Of a DNA stretch of 64,000 nucleotides, positions 27,950 through 41,715 are shown piece by piece (position 1 is the first letter of the stretch; each line of letters begins with the position of its first letter). Origin of the DNA: Stegostoma tigrinum (lineage: Eukaryota); assembly GCF_030684315.1 (NCBI RefSeq), contig NC_081362.1, forward strand, positions 96,641,187 through 96,705,186, in the 5' to 3' direction. The position numbers and the translations under genes were made by a program. Under the pieces are notes generated by a model, which saw nothing but the letters and a program-made list of their open reading frames with translations, was not told the DNA's origin and ran no database searches.

Positions 27950-28990
27950 TGCAATCATCAATCAACATCCCATTTCTGACCTTATGATGGAGGAAAGTCA
28001 TTGATGAAGCAGCTGAAGTTGGTTTGACTCAGGATACTATCTGAGAAACTCTTGCAGAGATGTCCTGGAGCTGAGATGGCTGACCTCCAACAATCACAAC
28101 CATCTTCCTATGCACCAAGCATGACTCCAACCAATGAAATTTAGCTTCGATACCAATTAATTTCAGTTTTGATAAGGCTCCTTGATACGACACCCTGTCA
28201 AATGCAGCTTTGATGTTGAGTGTGGTTGCTTTCATCTCACCTCTGGAATTCAGCTCTTTTGTCCATGCTTGAACCAAGGCTCTAATGAGGTCATGGGCTG
28301 AGTGGCCTTGCTTGAAGTGAAACTGGGCATCACTGAACAGGATATTGCTGAGCCGATGAAGGCACTTTCTATCATTATACTGATGATCATGAGTAGACTG
28401 ATGGGACAACACTGTTTGGGTTGGATTTTTTCCTGCTTTCTAGGCATAGGACGTAGATGTCAATTTTTCACATGTCATGTCAATATCAGTGCTGTAATTG
28501 CACTGGAAGAGCTAGTCTTCAGCACTATTTCCAAAATGTTGTCATACCCTGTAGAATTTGCAGTATCCAGCATCTGCAAACAATTCACGTGGAGTGAATC
28601 AATTTGGCTGAAGACTGGTATTTGTAATGCTGAGGACCACTTGAGGAGGCTGAGATGGGCCATCCACTTGGTACTTCTAGCGAAAGGTTGCGACAAATGC
28701 TTCAGCCTTATCTTTTGCCCAGGTGTGATGGGCTCTTTCATCATTGAGGATAGGGATATTTATGGAACCTCATTGCCCAATGAGTTGTTTAATTGTCCAC
28801 CACCATTCATAACTGGCTATGGCAGGACGGCAGAACTTAAATTTCATCCATTTTTTGTGAGCTTGCTGAGGTCTATCACTTGCTGCTTATAGTGTTTGGT
28901 AGCTTCATGAGGTTGACACATCATTTTCAGTGATGTCTCATAATGCTCCTGGCATGCCCTCCTGTGCTCTGCATTAAACAAGGGATAATT
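27950..28990 (-). mobile_element. Decayed non-LTR retrotransposon RT (a different CR1-like family)
   Basis: PISLL.IIS, HSA.DLI.ALVQAWTKELN and IKAAFDRV motifs in broken ORFs. Confidence 0.75.
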
Positions 28991-31900
28991 CCCTGGCTTG
29001 ATGGAAATGGTTGAGTGAGTTTCTCTTTTATTCCTTGGTCAGATGAGGGCTTTTCTAGTTGGCTAACATTTATTGGCAATCACTAATTACCAAAAGAACA
29101 GTTAAGAGCCAACCACATTGTTTTGGCTCAGGAGTAGGCCAGACCATGTAAGGATGGCAATTTCCTTCCTTAAGGAATATTAGTGAACAAGATGATCTTT
29201 TTTTCTGAAAACCAGCAACTGTTTTCTGGTAATCGCTGGATTCTTATTTCCAGAATTTCATTCAACACAAATTGCACCATCTGCTAAATAAAAACCAAAA
29301 GAACTGCAGATGCTATAAATTAGGAACAAAAACAAAGTTGTTGGAAAATCTCAGCATGTCTGGCAGCATCTGTGGAGGAGGAAACAGAGGTTTCCACTTC
29401 AACCCCATTTTCCACTTGGGGAACTTACATCCCTCCTGACTCAATATTGAGTTCAATAATTTTAGGGCCTCGACTCTCCCATGTCCCATCCCCCGACCCC
29501 GCACACCAGGACTTGTTACCACTTAGCCTGCCACTATTTACCCCCTGTTGTTAGTCACTAACAGTCCCAGTAACAACTGTTCACCCTTCCAGCCTTATCG
29601 TTAGCAACTCCTTTGTCTGTCCAACTGTCTTTTTCTCTCTTTGGTCTCTATCCTATCGTTTACTCCACACCACACCCACCTCCATTTTTTCTGCATATAA
29701 ACTGATATTTACTCAGCCACCATCAGTTCTGAGGAAGGGTCAATGGACCCGAAATGTTAGCTCTGTTTTCTCCTCCACAGATGCTGCCAGACCTGCTGAG
29801 CTTTATTGGCAGCTTTGTTTTTTCACCATCTGCTGTGATGGAGTTTGAACATGGGTGCTCAGAACATTAGTTGATTTTCTGGATTAATAGTCTAGTGATA
29901 ACCAGTAAGCCTTCACTCACCCCTCTATGCCCCTCGCACCCCACCATGTGCCTCCAAATTAATCTAACTGCCCATATATTCATACAAAAGGCATTTCATC
30001 CCATTGGTCCTGTCCCATCAAAAATGTATCTTACATACACTTTCCTGCATTAGACAAGTTATCAATCCCTCAATCATGAAAAGGTGTGACACTTCAAGAG
30101 CTTATCCAAGTTTTTTTTGAATTTCTGGAACTCCCCCCTCAGTCAGCTTCTGAGGCAATGCATTCCAGATAACCCCATCCTCTGAATAAAGAAAAACTTT
30201 TCTCAAATCCCCTCTGAGCTTCCTGGTTTTCACTTTAAAGTTATGCCCCATTGTTACTGATCTTTTGACTAATGTGAACAGCTGCTTTCTAATCACCCTG
30301 TCTTTGCCCTTCATAATCTTATGCACCTCTATCCCATCTGAATCTTCTCTGCAGAAAGAAAGTAACCCAAGTTTATCACCTCTATTCACATCTGAAATGT
30401 TCCATCTCAGGCAACAACCTGGTGACTCTCCTTTGCAGACCCTCATGGTAATTCCATTCTTCCATTAGTGTGGCAGCCAAAACTGCACAAAGTACTCCAG
30501 CTGTGGCTGAACAAAAGTGCTGTACAACGGCAACATAACCTTCCTGCTCTTGTAAACTGTATCTCAAATGAAAAATGCAAGCATCCTACATGCCTTTGTT
30601 ACTAGCTTGTTAACCTGCCCAGCCAACTTTAGGGATGTGTGAGCAAGCACACCAAGATTACTCTGTTCCTCACAGGTTCCTGGTGTCCTCCTATTTATTG
30701 AGTACTCCTTTGTCTTATTACTTATTCCAATGTTCATCACCTCACATTAATCAGGATTAATTTCTGTCTGTTACCGGTCTCTCTTCCTTTTGCTCACATC
30801 CCCTGCCTTGCATCTGACTCATCTCCCTCCACCGGACCATTATCTCATTTATCCTGTTTCCTTTTTCTACTCATTCTCTGTTTCACACTCACCCTACCTG
30901 CCTTTTATCAGTCTTCAGTCTGTCCCTTATTCGCTTTCCTTCTATCTCTCAATCTATCTTATTCTTATTTCTCTGTCTATGGTCCTCTCTCTGTCTCTCA
31001 CTTTTTCCAATTATTTCTCCATGTAAGACCAGAAGACATAGGAGTGGAAGTAAGGCCATTCGGCCCATCAAGTCCACTCTGCCATTTAAATCATGGCTGA
31101 TGGACATTTCAACTGCACCTCTCTGCACTCTCCTCGTAGCCCTTGATTCCTTGTGAGATCAAGAATTTGTCGATCTCTGCCTTGAAGGCATCTAACGTCC
31201 CGGCCTCCACTGCACTCTGTGGTAATGAATTCCACAAGCCCACCACTCTCTGGCCGTCTCTCTTTTATTTTAAGATCTCACCATTTCTTTTCTTCTATGT
31301 CCCTCTATCTCCTTCACCCACTGTTTATCTATCCCTCTGCCTTCCTCATTCTGCACTCCCGCCCCATCCCCCCATACCCATCTATCTGTCATATTCGGTT
31401 TAGAAATATATGCTAACAGTTCTTTTTCAAAGTTGATTCCTACCTCTTCTATCTTTGCCCGACATCATTTTATACATTTCCCTGTCCCCTCTCAATCTCC
31501 CCTGCTTGAAGGAAATCAACCTCAGTCTGTCTCGCATCTTATATCTTGCAGTGTAATTATAATAAGCTCTTAAAATATGATTCGACATCCCCATCTCACC
31601 ACACCCTCTGTACTTTTGGATTAACTGACAGTACAACCTGTCACATCCATAATCACCTCATCCCCATCACCTTATCCAATTGAAGCTCTTCTGAACAAGG
31701 ACACCCATGCCAGGCTCCTGCTCATTGACTACAGCTCTGCCTCCAACACCATTATCCCCTCCAGACTATATGACAATTGTCGTGGCTCTGCCCATTGCAA
31801 TTGAATCCTCAGCTTTCTGATCTGTCGACTGTAATCCATAAAGATTTACAAAACTACACCTCCTCCATGATGAATGGACTCTCTCGTTTCAAATAATGTT

Positions 31901-34900
31901 GATCCTGTTATTGATCTAGCCTTGCACATGCCCTGTGCAAGTAACCTGTATGCTCCTCTCTAATTCTTTTTGACCTGTACATCCTCGTTTACTATGTTCT
32001 GCCTGTACTGCTTGTAAACAAAGGCTTTTCACTGTATTTCAGTTCAAGTGACAATAAAGCAATCAATCAATCAAGAAATCAACCAGCTAATCATGTAGAT
32101 TGCTTTCTCTTGAATGCTGTCAATCTTCTTGAGAGCTGTGAAAGGTGCACCTATCCAGGCAAGTGGAGAGTTTTCCAACAAGTTTAACAAATATATATTA
32201 GTTTTTTTTAAAAAGTTGTATTTTCTGGTGAAGAAAAAATTCCTTACAAATGAAGTTTCTTATCTCTAGCACTTATCCCTTCCCTCTCAGAATCACAGAT
32301 TTGTTCCAGTGCAGATGAAACAACGTAAGATCGAGAAGCAAGAGAAGGCCATTCAGCCCCTCGAGGCTGCTCCAATATTTAATATGATCATGGCTGATCT
32401 CATCTCAGACACAAAGCCACTTTCCTGCATGCTTTTCATAACTCTTCAACCAATTGGTAATCAAAAGTCTGTTTCCTCCTTAAATTTCCTCTGTGTCCCA
32501 GTATCCAATGCACTTTGGGGGAATGATATCACAGATCCATGAACCTCTGAGAAAAGTGATTTCTCCTCATCTCCATTTTAAATCTGTTGCTCCTTGTCCA
32601 AAACTTATGCCTTTTACACTAGATTTCTCCACAAGGGAAACCATTTACCTTGCATCTCCTTTGCCAATCCCTTCAGCAACTTATACACCTCCATTTGATC
32701 TTCTCTGATTCTTCAAGACTCCAGTGAGTACCAACCTAAACTGCTCAACCTTTCTTCATAAGACAATCTTTTCATCCTTGGAATCAGTCTTGTGAACCTC
32801 CTCTGACCTGTCTCCAAATCAACAACATTCCTCCTCAAATAAGGGACTGAAATTGTACACACTACTCCAGATGCGGTCTCACTAATGCCTTGTACTTTTT
32901 GCTATCTTTTCATCATTGCTGCTCATTATGTTTTCATGCACTTTAGCTTTTTGAGTTGGTGATTTAAGCCAGAGAATTTTTACTGTGACTCAATGACTAT
33001 AAGATGTAAAGTAAAGGAATTGTTTTTACTTTCTGGTTTATGTTTTTGCCATGACATGGTCATGACATGCTTCTTCGTCTAACTCTTGCCCTTTCTGCAC
33101 TGTAAGGCTACTGTGGTCTGTTTAAGCTTTGAAAACATTGCCAGGTTTTGCCAGAGAGATATATACAGCTTTGTAAAAAAATAGTTCAGCTCAGTCTCAT
33201 TTCAAACACTTTTGCTTTATTCAGAATTACTGACTCTCAAGAGCACAATGAATCTCAATCCACCTCTATACATAGAGTTCTCCTTTCATACCAGGTCCCT
33301 TCTCGAATTACCTTGTTATAAATTGTCAATAAATTGTCATTTCAGGTCCTGGCAAAGGAGAAATGCACATAAATTAAGCAAAAGATGACCTTCAGCAATA
33401 TAGACTGGTTGAAGTGAATGTGAGGCATATCAGATCAGTCATGATCCTATTGAATGGCAGTGCAGGCTTGAGGGACCAAATGGCCTACTCAACCTGTCCA
33501 TCTTCACTCATCCCACCAATCTACCTCACATTCAACCAGTCTATATTGGTAACAAAATCAGAAATTGCTGGAAGAGCTCAGCAGGTCTGACAGTGTCTGG
33601 GGAGAGAAATCAGAGTTAATGTTTTGAATCGAGTGACCTTCCTTTAGAACTCTTCAGCCCAAATCGGTCTTTCCCAACATGTTTGCAAAGATAATAATTA
33701 CATTGTTATTCATCTTGCTTCTACATCACTTCAATAATGTTCCCTCATTCACATTCCTTCAGTCTCAATTTTGATATTCACTCAATTAGATTGAAATTCC
33801 TTGATTTATGTCTTTCCCCTGTTTGGAACAACAGTGGTGTATTTGTTAAAACACTCAGTTGTTGCCCTGGTATGTTTTGAGCTTGTGAACATGACAGTTA
33901 GCTTTTGCCTGATTTGAAATTGCTTTAATGTTATTATCTGTAATTTCTCATTCACAACTTAATTTTATTATCACTGAGGAAACGTCAGGAAGAATGATAT
34001 TTTAACAAAATAAACTTTTAAACTGGTTTACACAAGATGTCTGACTGTCAGTCTGCCCTAAGACCATAACACCAGAAGAAATAGGAACAGGAGTAGACCA
34101 CACAGTGTGGAGCTGGGTGAACACAGCAGGTCAGGCAGCATCAGAGGAGCAGGAAAGCTGATGTTTTGGGTTGGGACTCCTCTTCAGAAATGGGGAGGGG
34201 ATAGGGATCTGGGAAATAAAAAGTGGGAGGAGGGGTGGGGCTGATAGAAGGTAGGTGGGAAGATGATAGGTGAATGCCGGTAGGGAGTGGTGGGGATTGG
34301 TCAGTGGGATGGGTGAAGATGGACAGGTTGAGTAGACCATTCGGCCCCTCGAGCCTGCACTGCCATTCAATAGGATCATGGCTGATCTGTTATTCTTCAC
34401 ATTCACTTCCCTGCCCTTTGTCCATAACCCTTGATTACCTTAACGCTCAAAAATCTATTGATTGCTGCCTTAAATATACACAAGAACTTTTCCCCATAGC
34501 TCTCTGTGGCAAGGAGTTCCAAAGACTCATAACTCTCTGAGAGAAGAAACTCCTCTTCGTTTCAGTCTTAAATTGGCTCTCCTTTATTTTGAGATGATGC
34601 CCTCTGGTCTTATACACTCCCATGAGGAGAAACATCCTCTCAGCATTTCCCCTGTTATGTCCTTAAAAGTTCTACTTATTTCAATGAGATTATCTCCCAT
34701 TCATCTAAATTCCAGTGAGTAGAGTCCCAACTTGTTTAGCTTTTGGTCATATGCCAATTCCTCCATGCCAGGAATCATCCTGGTGAACTTTCTTTGAACT
34801 AGTTCCAATGAAATGATATATTTTCTTAAATAAAGGAACCAAAATTACTGACAGTTTTGGCACATCGTATAGTTGCAGTAAAACTTCCCAACTCTTATTC

Positions 34901-34924
34901 TCCCGTCCCCCACTTAAAATAAGA

Positions 34925-35450
34925 GCCACTGTCCACTGTATCTGCTGCACCCAATATGGCTTCCTCTACATTGGTGAGAACAAGCGTAGACTCAGACACC
35001 ATTTCGTAGAGTATCTGCACTATGTTCACAACAAACGACAACACCTTCTGATTGCCGAACATTTTAACTGCCCGTCCCACTCCCTGGGTGACATGTCCAT
35101 CCTGGGTCTCCTCCAGTGTCACAATGACATCACTCGCAAACCGGAGGAGCAATACTTCACATTCTACCTGGGGAGCCCATAGAATTCACCAGTTTGAAAA
35201 TCTTGCGACACCTGGTCTCATCCCATGTCCAACCCTTCCTCTCATCCCTGCCTCCATGACCTGACACAACCTGACCATCTTCTCACCCAACCATCCACCG
35301 CACCCATCCCACTTACCAATCCCCACCTCTCCCTGCCAGCACTCAACTATCACCATCCAACTTATCTTTTGCCCAGTCCCATCCCTCCTCTCTCTATTTC
35401 TGAGCTCCCTTCCTCCTCCCCATTTCTGAAGAAGGGTCTCGACCTGAAAG
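34925..35450 (+). mobile_element. Decayed Penelope-like fragment
   Basis: ttcctctacattggtgagaacaagcgtagactc matches the GIY-YIG region of the other copies; C-rich tail. Confidence 0.75.
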
Positions 35451-35466
35451 AATAGAAAAGAATAAA

Positions 35467-36760
35467 TTGATGAGGGATAGTCAGCACGGTTTTCTGAAGG
35501 GAAGGTTGTGCCTCACAAATCTTATTGAGTTCTTTGAGAAGGTGACCAAACAGGTAGATGAGAGTAAACTGGTTGATGTGGTGTATATGGATTTCAGCAA
35601 GGCATTCGATAAGGTTCCCCACAATAGGCTATTGTACAAAATGCGGAGGAATGGAATTGTGGGAGATATCGCAGTTTGGATCAGAAATTGGCTTGCTGAA
35701 AGAAGACAGAGGGTGGTAGTTGATGGGAAATGTTCATCCTGGAGACAAGTTACTAGTGGGATACCGCAAGGGTCAGTGTTGGGTCCACTGCTGTTTGTCA
35801 TTTTTACAAAGGACCTGGATGAGGGCGTGGAAGGATGGGTTAGTAAATTTGCAGACGACACTAAGGTCGGCGGAGTTGTGGATATTGACGAAGGATGCTG
35901 TAGGTTGCAGAGAGACATGGATGAGCTGCAGAGCTGGGCTGAGAGGTGGCAAATGGAGTTTAATGCAGACAAGTGTGAGGTGATGCACTTTGGTAGGAGT
36001 AACCGGAAGGCAAAGTACAGGGCTAATGGTAAGATTCTTAGTACTGTAGATGAGCAGAGAGATCTCGGTGTCCATGTACACAGATCCTTAAAAGTTGCCA
36101 CACAGGTTGACAGGGCTGTTAAGAAGGCATACAGTGTTTTAGCTTTTATTAATAGAGGGATCGAGTTCTGGAACCAAGAGGTTGTGGTGAAGCTGTGCAA
36201 AACTCTGGTGCGGCCGCACTTGGAGTATTGTGTACAGTTCTGGTCACCACATTATAAGAAGGATGTGGAAGCTTTGAAAAGGGTGCAGAGGACATTTACT
36301 GGGATGTTGCCTGGTATGGAGGGAAGGTCTTACGAGGAAAGGCTGAGGGACTTGAGGCTGTTTTCATTAGAGAGAAGAAGGTTGAGAGGTGACTTGATTG
36401 AAACATATAAAATAATCAGAGGGTTAGATAGGGTGGATAGGGAGGGCCTTTTTCCTAGGATGGTGACGGCAAGCACAGGGGGGCATAGCTTTAAATTGAA
36501 GGGTGAAAGATATAGGACAGATGTCAGAGGTAGTTTCTTTACTCAGAGGGTAGGAAGGGAATGGAACGCTTTGCCTGCAACGGTAGTAGATTCGCCAACT
36601 TTAGGTACATTTAAGTCGTCATTGGACAAGCATATGGGCCTATATGGAACAGTGTAGGTTAGATGGGCTTGAGATCGGTATGACAGGTCGGCACAACATC
36701 GAGGGCTGAAGGGCCTGTACTGTGTTGTAATGTTCTATGTTCTATATGTTCTATGTTCTA
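35467..36760 (+). mobile_element. CR1-clade LINE (HER1-like), 5'-truncated, RT C-terminal part
   Basis: 396-aa ORF with QHGF, DFSKAFDKV, PQGSVLGP, FADD and RPHLEYC motifs; (GTTCTAT)n 3' tail. Confidence 0.95.
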
Positions 36761-37145
36761 TGAAATGTGAACAATCCTGCTGGCCTGATGCTGCCTGGCC
36801 TGTTGTGTTCCTCCAGCTCCACACTGTGCTGTCTCTGGCTCCAGCATCTGTGGTTCTTGCTGTCTCATTCCATTCGTCCTTTCGATTACCTGCTGTCCGT
36901 GTGTGCTAGCTTTCTGTGTTTCGTGCACAAGTTCCCTGACCTTTCTTTGTGTTGCAACTTTCTGCAGTTTTTTCTCAGTTTCGGTAATTTGCACTTGAAT
37001 CATAATCAATTACAAAGGTGGCGACATGAGAGATATTCATTGAGCGATCAATGACATGTAGTGGTCAGGGCAGTCCCCACCAGCTTTAACATGGGGCTCG
37101 ACGTTCTCACCACTTCCCACAGAAACACATTCCTCCCACGTTATT

Positions 37146-38715
37146 CATAGAACATAGAACATAGAACAGTACAGCACAGAACAGGCCCTTCAGCCCACAA
37201 TGTTGTGCCGACCATTGATCCTCATGTATGCACCCTCAAATTTCTGTGACCATATACATGCCCAGCAGTCTCTTAAACGACCCCAATGACCTTGCTTCCA
37301 CAACTGCTGCTGGCAACGCATTCCATGCTCTCACAACTCTCTGCGTAAAGAACCTTCCTCTGACATCCCCTCTATACTTTCCACCAACCAGCTTAAAACT
37401 ATGACCCCTCGTGCTAGCCATTTCTGCCCTGGGAAATAGTCTCTGGCTATCAACTCTATCTATGCCTCTCATTATCTTGTATACCTCAATTAGGTCCCCT
37501 CTCCTCCTCCTTTTCTCCAATGAAAAGAGACCGAGCTCAGTCAACCTCTCTTCATAAGATAAGCCCTCCAGTCCAGGCAGCATCCTGGTAAACCTCCTCT
37601 GAACCCTCTCCAAAGCATCCACATCTTTCCTATAATAGGGCAACCAGAACTGGACGCAGTATTCCAAGTGCGGTCTAACCAAAGTTTTATAGAGCTGCAA
37701 CAAGATCTCACGACTCTTAAACTCAATCCCCCTGTTAATGAAAGCCAAAACATCATATGCTTTCTTAACAACCCTGTCCACTTGGGTGGCCATTTTAAGG
37801 GATCTATGTATCTGCACACCAAGATCCCTCTGTTCCTCCACACTGCCAAGAATCCTATCCTTAATCCTGTACTCAGCTTTCAAATTCGACCTTCCAAAAT
37901 GCATCACCTCGCATTTATCCAGGTTGAATTCCATCTGCCACCTCTCAGCCCATCTCTGCATCCTGTCAATGTCCCGTTGCAGCCTACAACAGCCCTCTAT
38001 ACTGTCAACGACACCTCCAACCTTCGTGTCGTCTGCAAACTTGCTGACCCATCCTTCAATCCCCTCATCCAAGTCATTAATAAAAATTACAAACAGTAGA
38101 GGCCCAAGGACAGAGCCCTGTGGAACCCCACTCACCACTGACTTCCAGGCAGAATATTTTCCTTCTACTACCACTCGCTGTCTTCTGTTGGCCAGCCAAT
38201 TCTGTATGCAGGCAGCTAAGTTCCCCTGTATCCCATTCCTCCTGACCTTCTGAATGAGCCTACCATGGGGAACCTTATCAAATGCCACACTGAAGTCCAT
38301 ATACACCACATCCACAGCTCGACCCTCATCAACTTTTCTAGTCACATCCTCAAAAAACTCGATAAGGTTTGTAAGGCATGACCTACCCCTCACAAAGCCG
38401 TGTTGACTGTATTTGATCAAGCCATGCTCTTCCAGATGGTCATAAATCTTATCCCTCAGAATCCTTTCTAACACCTTGCAGACGACAGACGTGAGACGTA
38501 CTGGTCTATAATTGCCGGGGATTTCCCTATTTCCTTTCTTGAAGAGAGGAATTACATTTGCCTCTCTCCAGTCCTCAGGTACGACTCCAGTGGAGAGCGA
38601 GGATGCAAAGATCTTCGCAAGTGGCGAAGCAATTGCATTTCTCGCTTCCCAAAGCAGCCGAGGACAAACCTGGTCCAGGCCTGGCGACTTGTCAATCTTA
38701 ATGTTTGACAAAATT
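37146..38715 (-). mobile_element. CR1-clade LINE, young, 5'-truncated
   Basis: Uninterrupted RT ORF (KSPG..NYRPV..QHGF..FADD); (ATAGAAC)n tail on the plus strand at about 37146-37170. Confidence 0.95.
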
Positions 38716-39165
38716 TTTTTCATTTGATCTGTTTGGATTTCTTTGTATTCATGGTCCCTCTTGTTTTTCTGGGTTGACTTCTGGTGAAAACAGCTTCTCT
38801 TTCTCCACCTGGAGATTTCTTTCCTCATCTGCACACTTCCAAGCTCATTTTATTGATTAACCTCATCCCAGTATTCCCAGTGCCAGCTGACAGCCACAGA
38901 ATGTGTTCCATCTAAACACAACAAAGCAGCAAAGAGAACAATTCCATTCCTGAAATCTGAATGAACAATGTCTCATCTGTCAGAGGAATACACGCGATGA
39001 AGTACAAGAAGTTGAAACACAAATCATAGGCAATGGACAATTCAAAATTTAACCATGAGCCTGAGCTCCTTCAAGGCACAGAAATACCCACAAATAAGAT
39101 ACTATCAGAAACACAAACCACAGCAGCCCTCCAGTCAGGTCAAATCAAACAGAACCCATACTCAC

Positions 39166-39217
39166 CAGCATCAGCAGAGAGAGTCAATGTGGTCACAAGG
39201 AGAATAATAAGGAGCAT
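39166..39217 (-). CDS. Signal-peptide (leader) exon of a second gene or pseudogene
   Basis: ccaagATG CTC CTT ATT ATT CTC CTT GTG ACC ACA TTG ACT CTC TCT GCT GAT GCT G|GTGAGT gives MLLIILLVTTLTLSADA(G): hydrophobic core, AxA cleavage site, and a phase-1 donor matching the V exons. Confidence 0.7.
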
Positions 39218-39290
39218 CTTGGATGACTATTCTATGAAATGGTAATGCAGTTTTCCCACACTGTGTGATGTGTCCAGCGTGCAATGTGTC

Positions 39291-39302
39291 AAAGAGGAAG
39301 TG
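39291..39302 (+). promoter_or_regulatory. PU.1/Spi-type ETS site upstream of the leader exon
   Basis: AAAGAGGAAGTG matches the PU.1 consensus and lies about 75 bp 5' of the leader ATG. Confidence 0.45.
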
Positions 39303-40022
39303 ACAGAGTTTCTTTCTGATTCAGGCAGTCACTCTGAACTGGAAAGGAAATACAATCCATCCAATGGGGACCCTAACCAAGAACGTAAGTGCAAAGTGAG
39401 GTTTACACATCAACCACAAAGATTTCATCTTCACAGGGTGAAAGTTGGAGCAGTTGTTGCACAGGAGCCAACACAGCAAGTAGCAGAGCAAAGCTGCTTA
39501 TCCTTTTGCCAAAGTGAAATATAATTCAATCATTGGAAACTCAGTTTGTTGCAATGAGTCAGTGGCTCACTGAATCACAACCTTTTGTCCAGAACCAGAG
39601 GAGATGGATTACACAGTTTAAGAGTCTTGAAAGTTGCTGAAAACTACAGAGCTGGGAGATTCTGAAACATTCACCCATAGAGAGAGCAGACGTTCAATGC
39701 GCCAGTCTCACACCCTTCAACAAGACAAGATCTAAAAAGGAACTTTTACTTAGTTTAAGATAACAAGGTGTAGAGCTGGATGAACACAGCAGGCCAAGCA
39801 GGAGCAGGAACACTGATCTTTTGGGCCTAGACTCTTCTTCAGTTGCACTCTTCCTATCCTCAGCAATGTCAAGGCGCTTTATAACCAATGAAGGATATCT
39901 TTAAAAGTGCAGTCTCTGTGGCCATGCAAGGAATGATGCAGATAGTTCACAAATAGTCAGCTTCCACAACAACAAAGACACAATGTCCAGACCATCTATT
40001 GATTGAGGATCAATAGTCAGGG

Positions 40023-40262
40023 TGCAAGTGGGCCCAGCTGGCGCCTTCCCCAATTGGTCAGCGGGCCAACAGGAACTGAGTGGGGAGATGACTGCCAGGG
40101 TTTTGTTCTTTGTTTTGTTTCTTTTTCTTTGTTCTGTTTTTTTCCTTTTAGTTGGTGTACGTAGCCCCTGGGTAAGCCAGAGCGGCTTACATGACTTGTA
40201 AGTGTATAAATATGTTTTTTTTTGTACATTCTATGAATAAAGTATATTTTTTCAAAAAAAAA
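40023..40262 (+). mobile_element. Poly(A)-tailed retroposed insertion with 14-bp TSD (L1/Tx1-type 3' end)
   Basis: ATCAATAGTCAGGG at 40009-40022 and 40263-40276; AATAAA at about 40236 followed by an A tail. Confidence 0.8.
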
Positions 40263-40534
40263 ATCAATAGTCAGGGCACTGGGGAAATCTCCCTTGCTTT
40301 TCTTCAAAAATAGTGCCCACTAGGAATCTACTCTGCCCACCTGAAAGGACAGCCATGGCCTGGGGAAACATTGCCTTCGACAGGCAGCCCTCTGACAGTG
40401 ACGCCCTCCCCCAGCACCTCACTAAGTACTGGCATTTTTGGATACACTGCTTGGGCAGCACAAACAGCTCTGAACCACAGTCAGAAAGTTGCACAACAGT
40501 GAAATAACACAGGATATAATGCTTTTCCAGCAAC

Positions 40535-41715
40535 ACCTCAGGAGCACAAAAGCTGACGTTTTGGGCCTAGACCCTTCATCAGAGAGGGGGATGGGGAGAG
40601 GTTCTGGAATAAATAGGGAGAGAGGGGGAGGCGGACCGAAGATGGATAGAGGAGACGATAGGTGGAGAGGAGAGTATATGTGGGGAGGTGGGGAGGGGAT
40701 AGGTCAGTCCAGGGAGGATGGACAGGTCAAGGAGGTGGGATGACGTTGGTAGGTGGAAAATGGAGGTGCGGCTTGAGGTGGGACGAGGGGATAGGTGAGA
40801 GGAAGAACAGGTTAGGGAGGCGAGGATGAGCTGGGCTGGTTTCGTGATGCAGTGGGGGGAGGGGGCGAACTGGGCTGGTTTTGGGATGCATTGGGGGAGG
40901 GGAGATTTTGAAGCTTGTGAAGTGCACATTGATACCATTGGGCTGCAGGGTTCCCAAGCGGAATATGAGTTGCTGTTCCTGCAACCTTCGGGTGGCATCA
41001 TTGTCACGCTGCAGGAGGCCCATGATGGACATGTCATCTAAGGAATGGGAGGGGGATTTAAAATGGTTCGCGACTGGGAGGTGTAGTTGTTTATTGCAAA
41101 CCGAGCGGAGGTGTTCTGCAAAGTGGTCCCCAAGCCTCCGCTTGGTTTCCTCAATGTAGAGGAAGCCACACCAGGTATAGTGGATACAGTATACCACATT
41201 GGCAGATGTGCAGGTGAATATCTGCTTAATATGGAAAGTCATCTTGGAGCGGGATGGAAGTGAGGGAGGAGGTGTGGGGGCAAGTGTAGCACTTCCTGTG
41301 GTTGCAGGGGAAGGTGCCGGGTGTGGTGGGGTTGGAGGGGAGTGTGGAGCGGACAAGGGAGTCCCGGAGAGAGTCTATCCCCTCCTCCCACCTCAAGCCA
41401 CACCTCCATTTCCTACCTACTAACCTCATCCCACCTCCTTGACCTGTCCGTCTTCCCTGGACTGACCTATCCCCTCCCTACCTCCCCACCTATACTCTCC
41501 TCTCCACCTATCTTCCTTTCTCTCCATCTTTGGTCCGCCTCCCCCTCTCTCCCTATTTATTCCAGAACCCTCACCCCATCCCCCTCTCTGATGAAGGCTC
41601 TAGGCCCAAAATGTCAGCTTTTGTGCTCCTGAGATACTGCTTGGCCTGCTGTGTTCATCCAGCTTCACACTTTGTTAACTTGGATTCTCCAGCATCTGCA
41701 GTTCCCATTATCTCT
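40535..41715 (-). mobile_element. Penelope-like element with inverted terminal (pseudo-LTR) duplication
   Basis: GIY-YIG ORF 40727-41356; 41380-41640 is an inverted copy of about 40540-40790. Confidence 0.9.

Noticed and set aside
35481-38253. Long antisense ORFs overlapping the LINE RT
   Set aside because: Shadow ORFs of CR1 coding sequence, repeated in each copy.
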